From contig JAHFHC010000002.1 in NCBI GenBank assembly GCA_023247085.1, positions 24,395 to 88,394 on the forward strand: 64,000 bases of DNA. Reading direction: 5' to 3'. The notes beneath the pieces were generated by a model that made no database searches, was not told the DNA's origin, and saw only the letters and a program-made list of their open reading frames with translations. Both the position numbers and the translations under genes were made by a program. This DNA is from Candidatus Micrarchaeota archaeon (GTDB taxonomy: Archaea > Micrarchaeota > Micrarchaeia > Norongarragalinales > UBA8480). How positions within the stretch are numbered: position 1 is the first letter of the stretch; the number at the start of each line of letters is the position of its first letter. Positions 19,819-29,758 of this stretch are shown piece by piece.

Positions 19819-20547
19819 ATGATTCAATGGATTTGTTTTGACTGGGGAGACACGCTAGCGGATATACGTGGAACTTACGAAGAGATGGAACGTGACCATG
19901 GGGTTTACAACACTTTACAGCACTTCGGAATTAAAGTTCAATTAGATGAATTTGATTTAGCATACGCTGAAGTTTCCAAACGCTTTTCAGTTGCACTACG
20001 CGGCAATACTAAGCGTTGGCAAAAAGGCTTCTTCTTCCTTGAGCTTTGTAATCGACTTAACTTTCCAATTACAGAGGAAGAGTCCAGTCGAATGGGTGAT
20101 TATTATAACCAACAATTTATTTCGAAGTTGAAACTGTTGCCCGGCGCTGCTGAGCTAGTTGAATCCCTTGCTAAAAATAATGCAATTCGCCTTGCGCTTA
20201 TTTCAAATGCAAATGGCGAACGTGTACGCAAACAACTTGAGTTCTTCAAGCTAAACACTTATTTCTCAATTGTATTGATTTCAGATGAACTTGGCTACGA
20301 AAAGTCAAGCGTTGAACCATTCAATATATTCTTGCAACTCGCCAAGCAAATGAATCCCGATACAATTCCGAGCCAATGTGTCATGATTGGCGATCGAGCA
20401 GATGAAGATGGCTACGCTAAAAACGCAGGTATGAAAACAATCATAGTAAAGCGGACTCACCGTGCTACATCTAAAGATGATGTTGCTCCAGATTACGTTG
20501 TTGACGATTTATATGATTTGAAAAAACTACTAGTGACCTTGTTATAA
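19819..20547 (+). CDS. HAD-superfamily hydrolase
   Basis: 242 aa. Motif I FDWGDTL (DxxxT); motif III/IV MIGDRADED. Confidence 0.6.
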   Translation: MIQWICFDWGDTLADIRGTYEEMERDHGVYNTLQHFGIKVQLDEFDLAYAEVSKRFSVALRGNTKRWQKGFFFLELCNRLNFPITEEESSRMGDYYNQQFISKLKLLPGAAELVESLAKNNAIRLALISNANGERVRKQLEFFKLNTYFSIVLISDELGYEKSSVEPFNIFLQLAKQMNPDTIPSQCVMIGDRADEDGYAKNAGMKTIIVKRTHRATSKDDVAPDYVVDDLYDLKKLLVTLL

Positions 20548-20600
20548 GGGTTTTAAAACGAAGTTTTCCTATTAATTTTTACTTTTAAGAGGTTATTGTT

Positions 20601-21143
20601 ATGAATAAACAAGAGTTAATCACAACTACGGTAGTATTCCTAATTATTTTTGGCCTAGCATTTAGCTTCACATCTTGGCTCAAAATTCAAAACACAACGC
20701 TGTACGATTTCAAAATAGTTTCCCAAACACCTGCAGTTGATACTCTAAGTCAAATATTTCACCAAAACCGTTCACTTATACTGCGTGAAGAGTTAACAGC
20801 TAAACCATCTAGACAAAATAGCGCCATTGCGTCAATGGCAGCTGAACTCGTTTATGCTTCAACTGCAATGCACGTTCCAGTGTACGTATACGCTACTGTA
20901 AATGGAGTTCCTGTAAATGAAACTTGTAATCTCAACAATTCAAATTGCGGCGCGCCTGACATAATTGTTCGGCCTGAAGCGTCTTCAAACCCATGCAATT
21001 GTATTATACTAAACACTAACAAAACAATGGAAATAAGTGGGTCAATTGATTTCATGCTTCAAAGTGCTGCAAATATACGAAAAGTAGTGTACTTAGCCGC
21101 GTCTCCACTTGAAACACAAGCGCCGGTGAACAAAAGTGAATAA
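20601..21143 (+). CDS. hypothetical membrane-anchored/secreted protein
   Basis: 180 aa. N-terminal TM or signal anchor VVFLIIFGLAFSF. Cys cluster CNLNNSNCG...NPCNC. N-x-T/S sequons. Confidence 0.35.
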   Translation: MNKQELITTTVVFLIIFGLAFSFTSWLKIQNTTLYDFKIVSQTPAVDTLSQIFHQNRSLILREELTAKPSRQNSAIASMAAELVYASTAMHVPVYVYATVNGVPVNETCNLNNSNCGAPDIIVRPEASSNPCNCIILNTNKTMEISGSIDFMLQSAANIRKVVYLAASPLETQAPVNKSE

Positions 21144-22629
21144 ATTGGATAAATCAAATTTATTAGACAAATTAACGCAGAATTTTCAAAGGTTAGACGA
21201 GGTAGCTGAATCAATTGGCGTACCCGCTTCTACATTAGCGAGCATGGTATCTCAACTTGAAGAAGAAAAATCAGTTGAGCTAAAGCGCGAAGAGCGAACA
21301 ATTGTACAACTTACCCCAGAAGGGCAAAATGCATTGAAGGAATTACCAGAAAGAAAATTAGTTTCATCTCTTGTAAACGAAGAAGAAGTTGGAAAATTAC
21401 TTGAACGAACGGGATTACAACCAGTTGCATTGCAGTGGGCAAAGAAAAACAACTGGGTAATGTTGCTTAATGCTGGCGGCAAGACGCTTGTTAAAAAATT
21501 ACCTGAAGCTGGAACAAAAAGCAACCACGAAATTCTTCTTGCTAAATTTTATCATGATCCAATTGTTAAAACAACTGAAGAATTGCGTTGCGCAAAAGAA
21601 TTGCGTGACCGTAAATTAGTAAAGTTACTTGAACAAAAAGTCCTGTTCGTAAAACTAACGGGTACGGGCAAAGTTAGTTCTGCTAAAGCACACCGAAGTA
21701 ATGTAGAATTGATTAGTCAAGTTACGCCGCAAATAGTGAAGTTCGGCACAAACGCGAAGTTGCGTGAATACGACGTGCAAGCAGAAGTGGCAGCAGTTTA
21801 CCCTGGCAAAAAACATCCTTTGCAAATCATGGCTGACCGAATGAGAGACGTACTGGTGGGCATGGGCTTTGAAGAGATGGATGGACCAATTGTTGAAAGC
21901 AGTTTTTGGAATTTTGACGTGCTGTTTATGCCTCAAAATCACCCGAACCGCGACTTAATGGACACGTTTTTCCTCAAGCAGCCAAGCCAAGCAAAAGTTG
22001 AACCTAAATTAGCGGATATTGTAAAACAAGTTCATATTAACGGCTGGAAAACTGGCTCAAAGGGATGCGCTTCACAATGGAGTATCAACGAAGCAGCAAA
22101 ACCAATTCTACGCACACATACAACTTCAACCACTTATCGTTACTTGAACAAAATCGGAACCGGAGAAATAAAATCGCCCGCGCGCTTCTTTTCAATTGCA
22201 AAAGTTTTCCGTAATGAAGCAATTGACCGAACGCATTTACCCGAATTCCACCAAATCGAAGGATTCGTTGCAGCAGATGGCCAAAACCTACGTACTCTAA
22301 TGGGAGTGTTTACTGACTTCTACAAAGAACTCGGCATTTCAAAAATCCGCTTCAAGCCAGTTTTTAACCCATACACTGAGCCTTCAATGGAAATATTCGG
22401 CTACCATGAAGTATTGTCAAAGTGGGTTGAAATTGGAAACTCCGGCATATTTCGTCCAGAGACACTTGCTCCATTTGGAATAAAACAAAACGTATTAGGC
22501 TGGGGCTTAGCGCTTGAACGCGCAGCAATGATTCTATTTGGCGTGGATGACATAAGAAAAGTGGTTGGCGCATCAACAGATTTACAATGGATTCGCGATT
22601 TTCCAGAACTCCCAGAGGTATTGAGATAA
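21136..22629 (+). CDS. pheS: Phenylalanyl-tRNA synthetase alpha subunit (archaeal)
   Basis: 497 aa. Class II motifs FRNEAIDRTHLPEFHQIEG and GWGLALERAAM. Archaeal-length N-terminal extension. Confidence 0.85.
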   Translation: MNKLDKSNLLDKLTQNFQRLDEVAESIGVPASTLASMVSQLEEEKSVELKREERTIVQLTPEGQNALKELPERKLVSSLVNEEEVGKLLERTGLQPVALQWAKKNNWVMLLNAGGKTLVKKLPEAGTKSNHEILLAKFYHDPIVKTTEELRCAKELRDRKLVKLLEQKVLFVKLTGTGKVSSAKAHRSNVELISQVTPQIVKFGTNAKLREYDVQAEVAAVYPGKKHPLQIMADRMRDVLVGMGFEEMDGPIVESSFWNFDVLFMPQNHPNRDLMDTFFLKQPSQAKVEPKLADIVKQVHINGWKTGSKGCASQWSINEAAKPILRTHTTSTTYRYLNKIGTGEIKSPARFFSIAKVFRNEAIDRTHLPEFHQIEGFVAADGQNLRTLMGVFTDFYKELGISKIRFKPVFNPYTEPSMEIFGYHEVLSKWVEIGNSGIFRPETLAPFGIKQNVLGWGLALERAAMILFGVDDIRKVVGASTDLQWIRDFPELPEVLR

Positions 22630-22631
22630 AA

Positions 22632-24293
22632 ATGGTAGTAGTGTCTTTTCCAACAAATCAACTCAAAAAGAAACTAAAACTCAGTGGCGACTTTCAAAAA
22701 ACGCTTTCTGAAACACTATTTAAAATTGGAATGGAACTCGAGTCAATAAATGACGACGAAACCATAATTGACATAGCTGGAGCAGGTAACCGCATTGATG
22801 CAGTTTCACTAGAAGGCCTTGTCAGGATAGTAAATGCATACGTTGGAAACTACGATTTTTATTTTCCAAAAATCACAAAAGGCAAAAACACAATTAATGT
22901 AGACAAAAGCGTAGCCGACATAAGGCCTTACATGGGTAACTTTATTGTGCGCGATATAAACATCGACGATGAGTTACTGACTCGCATAATCAATTACCAA
23001 GAAAAAATTGCCTCTACATTTGGTCGAAACAGAAAAGTAATCGGAATGGGTTTATTCAAATTAACTGAACTAAAGTTTCCACTCCAGTATATTGCCCTTC
23101 CTGCAAAACAAATTAAATTTGCCCCCCTTGGCTTTGAACAAGAAATGACTGGCGATGAGATCCTAAAAAAGCACGATAAAGGCGCCAAATACGGCGACTT
23201 ATTCGCCGGGAAAGATAAGTTACCCATATTGCGCGACGCAAACGGCAAAATCTTAACGATGCCAGGAATAACAAACAGTAATGATCTAGGCCGAGTTGAA
23301 CCAGGAAAACAAGACTTATTCATAGAAGCAACTGGCTCAAATCCAACGATGTTAATTCAATTATTAACCGCATGCGCGCTTGACTTCATTGAACTTGGTG
23401 GCAAAATAGAAAGCTGTACTGTAAATTATAATGGCAAAAAAGTAGAATTTCCGCAATTCACTTTTGATAAATACGTGCTTTCAATAAGTGAAATTGAATC
23501 AAAATTGGGCTTATCCCTCTCGTCACAACAAGCAGTTAAACTACTAAAACAAATGATGTTGCCAGCAACTGCAAAAGGCAACTCCGTTTTAGTCGATGTG
23601 CCTCGCTTTCGCTCTGACGTTGTACATAAAGTAGACGTAATAGAAGATGTTGGCAGAGCTTACGGCTTTGACAATTTTTCTCCCCTTGCTCCAACTCAGT
23701 ATAACTTCGGCAAAAAACACGGCAAGACGATTTTATTTGATTCAATTATAAGTTCATTTGTAGGACTGGGCTTCCAACAAGTTGTCTCCTTGATTTTAAC
23801 CGCTAAAAGTGAAGCAACTACAAAAGCAAATGTTGCGGACAATGGAAAATTTGTCGAATTACACTCAAGCCGGGCACTTGGATTAGATTCATGCCGTCAA
23901 TCTCTTTTACCGGGTTTACTTGCAATAGTAGCAAGTAACAAGGGATATTCTTACCCGCAAAAAATATTCGAAGTTGGAGAATGTCTTGAACTTGACAAAA
24001 ATAATGAAACCGGTGCATCAACCACTTGGAAAACATCTGGGGTTATAGCTGGTGCAAACCTTGGCTTTGCAGATGCAAAAGCAACAATAGAAGCACTTGG
24101 CAGGTGCCTTGATGATTACAAACTAAAAATAGAGCCAATGGAAGACAAGCGATTCATAACGGGCAGGTGCGCAAAAGTAACTGGAAAAACCTTCAGCGGC
24201 TTATTCGGAGAACTTGACCTTCAATTACTCCGCAACCACGGCATAGAAATGCCTTGCACTGCAATGGAAATAGAGCTGAAGCAAAAGAAATAA
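22632..24293 (+). CDS. pheT: Phenylalanyl-tRNA synthetase beta subunit (archaeal)
   Basis: About 553 aa, immediately after pheS. B3/4 and B5-like regions. Start placed at the ATG right after the pheS stop. Confidence 0.75.
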   Translation: MVVVSFPTNQLKKKLKLSGDFQKTLSETLFKIGMELESINDDETIIDIAGAGNRIDAVSLEGLVRIVNAYVGNYDFYFPKITKGKNTINVDKSVADIRPYMGNFIVRDINIDDELLTRIINYQEKIASTFGRNRKVIGMGLFKLTELKFPLQYIALPAKQIKFAPLGFEQEMTGDEILKKHDKGAKYGDLFAGKDKLPILRDANGKILTMPGITNSNDLGRVEPGKQDLFIEATGSNPTMLIQLLTACALDFIELGGKIESCTVNYNGKKVEFPQFTFDKYVLSISEIESKLGLSLSSQQAVKLLKQMMLPATAKGNSVLVDVPRFRSDVVHKVDVIEDVGRAYGFDNFSPLAPTQYNFGKKHGKTILFDSIISSFVGLGFQQVVSLILTAKSEATTKANVADNGKFVELHSSRALGLDSCRQSLLPGLLAIVASNKGYSYPQKIFEVGECLELDKNNETGASTTWKTSGVIAGANLGFADAKATIEALGRCLDDYKLKIEPMEDKRFITGRCAKVTGKTFSGLFGELDLQLLRNHGIEMPCTAMEIELKQKK

Positions 24294-24341
24294 AGTGACA
24301 AACTGCGGAACTTCGTTAACTTTTTTGAAAATCGGATTATC

Positions 24342-25604
24342 TTATTGTGGCGTAGGTGAAGGGCTTTCAAGTTTAGGATGCCACTCTTCCAAAGCGCGTT
24401 TTAAGTCGGCATTATAAGCCTTTCCAGCAAGTAAAATTAATTTGCGTGCCGCAGCTAAATCCGCCCCCTCTAGCCTTCTACCCATAGAAATTGCTTTTGC
24501 ATAATGACGAGCAGCTATTTCAGGATTCCCTGATTTTAATTGCGTGCGTGCGTCTACAATTGCATTTTTCGCTTCCCTTGCCAATCCTTCTTCAGTAGCT
24601 TCGATTTCAATTGGTTTGCTTCCTTTTTTTTCATGTTCTGTTTCAACATTGGCAGTGCCAATGGGACTTGCAGGAGTAATGCCAGCTGCGGCTCCACTTG
24701 TGCTGTTTGGCTCAATAGTGTAGTTAGTCATAATAGCCGCTATTTTATTTTTTTTTACATATGCCCCTAGTTTCTCTTCCCAGTTTTTGCCAGGCATTTT
24801 TACTAATTCAAACAACGGTACGTGTACCGGTCTATTAGAAGTTGTGTCAAGTTTTGCCTCTCCGGTTGTTTCTGGAGTATCACTAACTTCATATTCATCT
24901 TTTGGTGGTTTAGGTTCTACAAATGGGTGAATTGGTACCACTTCTCTTTTACCAAAGTTTCTTAATTCAACTTTAGTAGGTTTAGGCAATTGATTCATGG
25001 CAAATGGTACGCCGAAAGCTAAGAGGCCGCCTAAAGTTAAGGCACCTAATGCATGTCTCACTAGTCCCGGTTTACCTCTCTTTTTTGGTAACAACGCAGA
25101 GGCCGCTCTTAATGCAACTGCTTCTTCTTTTTGCGTTCTAGGTCGCTGCTTCGGCTTTGAAATTTTAGTGGTATCAGGCGCTGGTTTTGACTCTTTTCGA
25201 GTTGGTTTAGGTGCTGTAGGTACTGAAGGTGTTGGCTTTGTTTTCTCTTTGACTGCAACTACTGCGGCTTGCTTCAAAAAGTGGCTCAATGTAGGTGCTT
25301 CAAAATGAGTTTTTAAACTACGTAAAGCTTCTTTAGCATCGGTTCCACTTGTGATTTTTCTTTCATGGTGTCTAATAAGTTCTCCTGTTCTACTCAAAAA
25401 TGCTTCAGTTTTTTTTGCAGTGGTTGCTTCTTTATGCAAACGCGCCATGTGGCTGCCGAGTTCCATTAATCTACTTGCAAACTTAGAATCAGTTTTTGCT
25501 CGTTTTGCAAATTCAGTAAATAGGTGACCTTTACTTGTTTGTAAAAAACCGTAGCGTGGAATTTTCTTTTCCTCGTAAAATCGCTTTGCATCTTCTCTTC
25601 TCAT
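24342..25604 (-). CDS. Single-pass membrane protein, paralog A (conserved N-domain, Pro/Thr-rich linker, TPR-like C-terminus)
   Basis: 420 aa. N-terminus FYEEKKIPRYGFLQTSKGHLFTEFAKR...; one TM helix (ALGALTLGGLLAFGVPFAM); conserved VPLFELVKMPGKNWEEKLGAY; C-terminal helical repeats (AARHYAKAISMGRRLEGADL...). Confidence 0.6.
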   Translation of the reverse strand: MRREDAKRFYEEKKIPRYGFLQTSKGHLFTEFAKRAKTDSKFASRLMELGSHMARLHKEATTAKKTEAFLSRTGELIRHHERKITSGTDAKEALRSLKTHFEAPTLSHFLKQAAVVAVKEKTKPTPSVPTAPKPTRKESKPAPDTTKISKPKQRPRTQKEEAVALRAASALLPKKRGKPGLVRHALGALTLGGLLAFGVPFAMNQLPKPTKVELRNFGKREVVPIHPFVEPKPPKDEYEVSDTPETTGEAKLDTTSNRPVHVPLFELVKMPGKNWEEKLGAYVKKNKIAAIMTNYTIEPNSTSGAAAGITPASPIGTANVETEHEKKGSKPIEIEATEEGLAREAKNAIVDARTQLKSGNPEIAARHYAKAISMGRRLEGADLAAARKLILLAGKAYNADLKRALEEWHPKLESPSPTPQ

Positions 25605-25618
25605 TTTTTATCTAGTAC

Positions 25619-26749
25619 CTATTTTGTTTTTTTAAGTTTTTGTTTTGTTTCTTCAACTTTAGCCGCTGGTTTTTGTAGCAAACGATGCCAGTCTTGCATA
25701 GCATGTTGAATGCTATAGCTTGAATTTGGCTCAGCGATGTTCATCAACGCGTGTGCATGCTCTAAGTCGCTTCCGGTTAATTCTCTACCAAAATAAATTG
25801 CGCGCGTGTAATGTAACGCCGCCATATCGTAGTTTCCTTTATCCCACTGACTGCGTGCTTTGTTTATTGCCATTTCTGCTCGTTCGGTTAATGCTTTTTC
25901 AGTTGGGTCTATATCTGGATTTGTAGTTTCTTTTGGCACATATTTCGTTGACACATCAGTTGTGCCGCTTGCGCTTGCAGTGGTGGGCACTGGTTTGTTT
26001 AAGTCGGCTGTGTTATTTGGAGTTGCAGTTGTGAGCACTACCTCGCTTGGTTCAATTGGTTCCTGCGAATAATCCAATATTGAAGCTTTTACGCCGTTTT
26101 TGCTTGAATACGCTGCGAGTTTATCCGCCCATGTCTTGCCGGGCATTTTTACTATTTTAAACAACGGTACCTCTATTTGTGGCGTGTAAATTGTTGATTC
26201 AATTTGAGGAGGTCTAATTAATTGATTTTCAGGAGTTTTCATTGCTTGGTGCATACCAAATAGTCCACCTGCAATTGCGCTGGCAGTTATTGCTAAGGCG
26301 CCGAATGCGCGCACTAGCCGTTTTGGTTTATTTCTCTGTTGTGGTAAAGCTGCGGTTGGTGTGGCTTTTTCTTGTTTGGCTGGTGTGATTGTTGCAATTG
26401 CTGTTTGTTTTAAGAATTCATTTAATGTGGGTGCTTTAAAGTGTCTATTTAGGCGTCGTAATGCATCTTTAGCATTCGTTCCTTTTGTCATTGTGGTTTC
26501 GTGGTGTTTTACGAGTTCAATTACTTTTTGTTTAAAGAAGTCGGTTTTGTCTGTAGTAGTTGCTTCTTTGTGTAGGCGTGCTATGTGGGCGCCTAGTGCT
26601 GTTAAATCTTTTGAGAATTGTGGGTCAGTCTTTCCTTGTCTTGCAAATTCAGTAAATAGGTGACCTTTACTTGTTTGTAGAAGGCCGTAACGTGGAATTT
26701 TCTTTTCCTCGTAAAACTGCTTTGCTTCGTTTACTTTCATTTTTCTCAA
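25619..26749 (-). CDS. Single-pass membrane protein, paralog B (same architecture as 24342-25604)
   Basis: 376 aa. N-terminus FYEEKKIPRYGLLQTSKGHLFTEFARQ; TM (AFGALAITASAIAGGLFGM); VPLFKIVKMPGKTWADKLAAY; TPR-like C-terminus. The 5' coding DNA is nearly identical to that of paralog A. Confidence 0.6.
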   Translation of the reverse strand: MRKMKVNEAKQFYEEKKIPRYGLLQTSKGHLFTEFARQGKTDPQFSKDLTALGAHIARLHKEATTTDKTDFFKQKVIELVKHHETTMTKGTNAKDALRRLNRHFKAPTLNEFLKQTAIATITPAKQEKATPTAALPQQRNKPKRLVRAFGALAITASAIAGGLFGMHQAMKTPENQLIRPPQIESTIYTPQIEVPLFKIVKMPGKTWADKLAAYSSKNGVKASILDYSQEPIEPSEVVLTTATPNNTADLNKPVPTTASASGTTDVSTKYVPKETTNPDIDPTEKALTERAEMAINKARSQWDKGNYDMAALHYTRAIYFGRELTGSDLEHAHALMNIAEPNSSYSIQHAMQDWHRLLQKPAAKVEETKQKLKKTK

Positions 26750-26755
26750 TAATGT

Positions 26756-28351
26756 TTATACTGTTTCAATTATAATTCCTTCGATTTCAACAACTGGAAA
26801 CTGCTTAGTTTGTTCAAGCGCAAACCCTATTTTGTCTTTACTCGTGCCATATAGCGTATATAGTTTTTGTCCTTTTTTCACTTTGTCGCCAGTTTTCACA
26901 TGTATAATCATTCCAACTGTCTTGTTAGCTGGACAGCCTAATATGCGGCAAACGCGCGAAATCGATTTACTGTCAACATGTTGTACTTTGCCGTCTGTTT
27001 CAGCAACCACGTCACTTGTAATTTTAGAAATTTTAATATCTTTTTCAGTTATATCCGGGTCGCCACCTTGAGCGGCTACAATCTCTTTAAACTTCTGGTA
27101 AACTTTTCCACTGCGCATCTGGTGCAACGCAATCCGGTAACCTTCTTCTTGAGTTGTGCCACGCACCATTCTTAAAACCCTTCCAGCCATAAGGCAAGTT
27201 TTTTCGCAAAGTAACCCGTCGCCGCCTTTTAATACTTTTAGAACTTCTTGCGCTTCTAACCCGGGTCCAATGGCCATGCTGATTGGTTCACTCCCGTCAG
27301 TTATAAGCACTTCAACTTTCATACCTAGTTTTGCACCAAGCGATTGAAAATCTTGAGCTAATTCGCGCGCTTTGTCAACATCAAGTATCTTCGTCCCCCG
27401 GCCAATTGGAATATCAAGCAAAACGTGCGTTGCCCCTTCGCTTTTCTTCTTTGCTAAAATACTTGCTAACAAAAGTGACTTTGGATCCAAACGAAGCGGG
27501 TTACGGATTTTAATCAACTTGTCATCTGCAACAGCCATGTTGACTGCGCCGCCCCACACTAAGCAACCATTAGTCTTCTTCACTACTTTTTTAATGTCTT
27601 GAATAGAAAGCGAAACCGGACAAAACACTTCCATTGTATCTGCTGTTCCAGACGCACTTGAAATCGCCCTAGTGCACGTTTTTGGAATCGTTATGCCGAG
27701 CGAAGCAAGAAGCGGCACAAGCAAAATGCTCACGCGGTCGCCAGCAACTCCTCCAATTGAATGCTCGCTAACGATTATTTTGCCTTTTTCAAACTCAAGC
27801 TTATCTCCAGTTTCATAAATTGCCTTTGTCAAAGCAGTTGTCTCTTCAGTGTCCATCTCATTAGTGTAAACTCCGGTGATAAACGCGGCTAATTCGGCAT
27901 TTGAAAGCTTTTCATCCATTAAATCGCGAATAATAGCGCTGATTTCTTCTTTTGTCAAAGTCTGACCATCGAGTTTGTTTCTAATATAATCGAGACTTTT
28001 TGGCCGTTGAGTTGACTGAATAACCACTTTTTCTCCAGTCTTTACGCCAAGCGCCTGCCCTACTTCTGCCATTAATTCTATTTCGCCAGGCTTAACATAA
28101 TACTTTGAATAATTTACAATTGCAACAATCTCCTTGTTGCGATACTTAACTTTAACTCGGTCTAATAAACTCAAATCAAGCTGTTTTGCCTCCTCTTCAC
28201 TTAACACAACTTCGTTTTGGCCTGCTTCAATATCCAAAACCTTTGCAGTGAGATTCATTGTTTCAAAATTTCCCATGTGTATCATGCCTTTTTCGAACCC
28301 TTGTTGAGGGGTATTGACTTGAGTGTTTTTCTTTGTCTTCAACATAACCAT
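26756..28351 (-). CDS. deoA: AMP phosphorylase / thymidine phosphorylase family (DeoA-type with N-terminal extension)
   Basis: 531 aa. Glycosyltransferase family 3 core (SEHSIGGVAGDRVS, GRGTKILD). The roughly 90-aa N-terminal extension is typical of archaeal AMP phosphorylases. The true start may be an internal Met. Confidence 0.7.
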   Translation of the reverse strand: MVMLKTKKNTQVNTPQQGFEKGMIHMGNFETMNLTAKVLDIEAGQNEVVLSEEEAKQLDLSLLDRVKVKYRNKEIVAIVNYSKYYVKPGEIELMAEVGQALGVKTGEKVVIQSTQRPKSLDYIRNKLDGQTLTKEEISAIIRDLMDEKLSNAELAAFITGVYTNEMDTEETTALTKAIYETGDKLEFEKGKIIVSEHSIGGVAGDRVSILLVPLLASLGITIPKTCTRAISSASGTADTMEVFCPVSLSIQDIKKVVKKTNGCLVWGGAVNMAVADDKLIKIRNPLRLDPKSLLLASILAKKKSEGATHVLLDIPIGRGTKILDVDKARELAQDFQSLGAKLGMKVEVLITDGSEPISMAIGPGLEAQEVLKVLKGGDGLLCEKTCLMAGRVLRMVRGTTQEEGYRIALHQMRSGKVYQKFKEIVAAQGGDPDITEKDIKISKITSDVVAETDGKVQHVDSKSISRVCRILGCPANKTVGMIIHVKTGDKVKKGQKLYTLYGTSKDKIGFALEQTKQFPVVEIEGIIIETV

Positions 28352-28383
28352 TAATAATCTACCGTTAACTCAATACTATCTAG

Positions 28384-28393
28384 AAATTTATTT
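28384..28393 (+). promoter_or_regulatory. TATA-like box (AAATTTATTT) about 24 nt upstream of the ftsZ ATG
   Basis: AT-rich box at the canonical archaeal distance; implies a leaderless ftsZ mRNA. Confidence 0.3.
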
Positions 28394-28412
28394 GTTCCCA
28401 TCGGAGATTTTT

Positions 28413-29507
28413 ATGGATAAACAATACGAAGAACTGCTCGCAAATAGAAACTACGTAATAGAAGAACCAGGCAAAGCGCTGTCAGAAGACGAAAAAGAAA
28501 TCCTTGCCGTACTAGAAGCCAGCCAGCCAAAAATTTACATTGTAGGCACTGGAGGCAGCGGCTGTAACACAGTAAACCGCATGGCTCAAATCGGAATCAA
28601 AGGCGCATACACTGTTGCCATGAATACCGACGCGCAACACTTACTTCGAATAAAAGCCGACAAACGCCTCTTGCTAGGCAAAAAGAAAACAAAAGGCCTT
28701 GGCGCAGGAAGCAACCCCGCAATTGGAGAAGCAGCTGCACAAGAATCACAAGAAGAAATAAAACAAATCCTAGCAAATGCAGATTTAGTATTCATAACCG
28801 GAGGGATGGGTGGAGGAACTGGAACTGGTTCAGCTCATGTAATTTCCAAAATAGCAAAAGACATAGGTGCAATTGCAATTGGGGTTGTCACGCTCCCATT
28901 TTATTCTGAAGGGCCACGCAGAATGCAAAACGCAGCAGACGGCTTAGGAAAACTACAACGCAACGCCGACACTGTAATTTCAATTCCGAACGACAAATTA
29001 CTTCAATTTGTTCCAGATCTGCCACTTAATGCCGCATTCAAAGTAGCGGATAGCATTTTAGTAAATTCAGTTAAAGGAATAACTGAATTAATCACTAAAC
29101 CAGGTTTAGTGAACCTAGACTTTGCAGATATGCGCACAATCCTCGAACACGGCGGAGACGCTGTAATTGGACTTGGAGAAGTGAACAACGACGAGACAAA
29201 AGACCGTTTGTTAATCGCAGCTGAAAAAGCGCTAACCTCTCCATTACTTGATATTGACGTTCGAACCGCAGACCGCGCATTAGTGAACATCACTGGAGGG
29301 TCAAGCATGACTCTAGGCGAAGCAGAAGCAGCTGTTAATGCAATTGCTTCCAAAGTTTCCAAAGACGCTCACATAATTTGGGGCGCAACAATTGACGACA
29401 CAATGGAAAAAGGCGGAGTACGCATTTTAGCTGTACTCGCTGGAATAAAACACAAAAGTGAACCAAGCCAACAAACAGAGGCAAATATAGACCTCGATTT
29501 CGTGTGA
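28413..29507 (+). CDS. ftsZ: Cell division GTPase FtsZ
   Basis: Tubulin signature GGGTGTGSAH; NTDAQHL, IYIVGTGGSGCNTVNRM. Start placed at MDKQYEELL, internal to the longer ORF-track call. Confidence 0.9.
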   Translation: MDKQYEELLANRNYVIEEPGKALSEDEKEILAVLEASQPKIYIVGTGGSGCNTVNRMAQIGIKGAYTVAMNTDAQHLLRIKADKRLLLGKKKTKGLGAGSNPAIGEAAAQESQEEIKQILANADLVFITGGMGGGTGTGSAHVISKIAKDIGAIAIGVVTLPFYSEGPRRMQNAADGLGKLQRNADTVISIPNDKLLQFVPDLPLNAAFKVADSILVNSVKGITELITKPGLVNLDFADMRTILEHGGDAVIGLGEVNNDETKDRLLIAAEKALTSPLLDIDVRTADRALVNITGGSSMTLGEAEAAVNAIASKVSKDAHIIWGATIDDTMEKGGVRILAVLAGIKHKSEPSQQTEANIDLDFV

Positions 29508-29517
29508 TAAAACTACA

Positions 29518-29694
29518 ATGAGTATATTACAACCTGCATTTGACTTCGTTGAACAAAGCAAACGCGTAGTCAACGTAACTCACAAGCCAAAAGACGAAGA
29601 ATTCAGGCAAATGACGCTCATCACTGGCCTCGGACTAGCCGTAATCGGAATAATTGGATTCATAATTTCCATGGTGGCGCATTTCCTAAGATAA
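29518..29694 (+). CDS. secE: Preprotein translocase subunit SecE (Sec61 gamma)
   Basis: 58 aa: MSILQPAFDFVEQSKRVVNVTHKPKDEEFRQMTLITGLGLAVIGIIGFIISMVAHFLR, with a single C-terminal TM. Sits in the conserved position before spt5/rpl11. Below the ORF-track cutoff. Confidence 0.7.
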   Translation: MSILQPAFDFVEQSKRVVNVTHKPKDEEFRQMTLITGLGLAVIGIIGFIISMVAHFLR

Positions 29695-29758
29695 ACGCCA
29701 GTACATTTTTTTATATTTTTTCTACCAAAAACCAAAATTGCAAAAACGTGAAATACAA

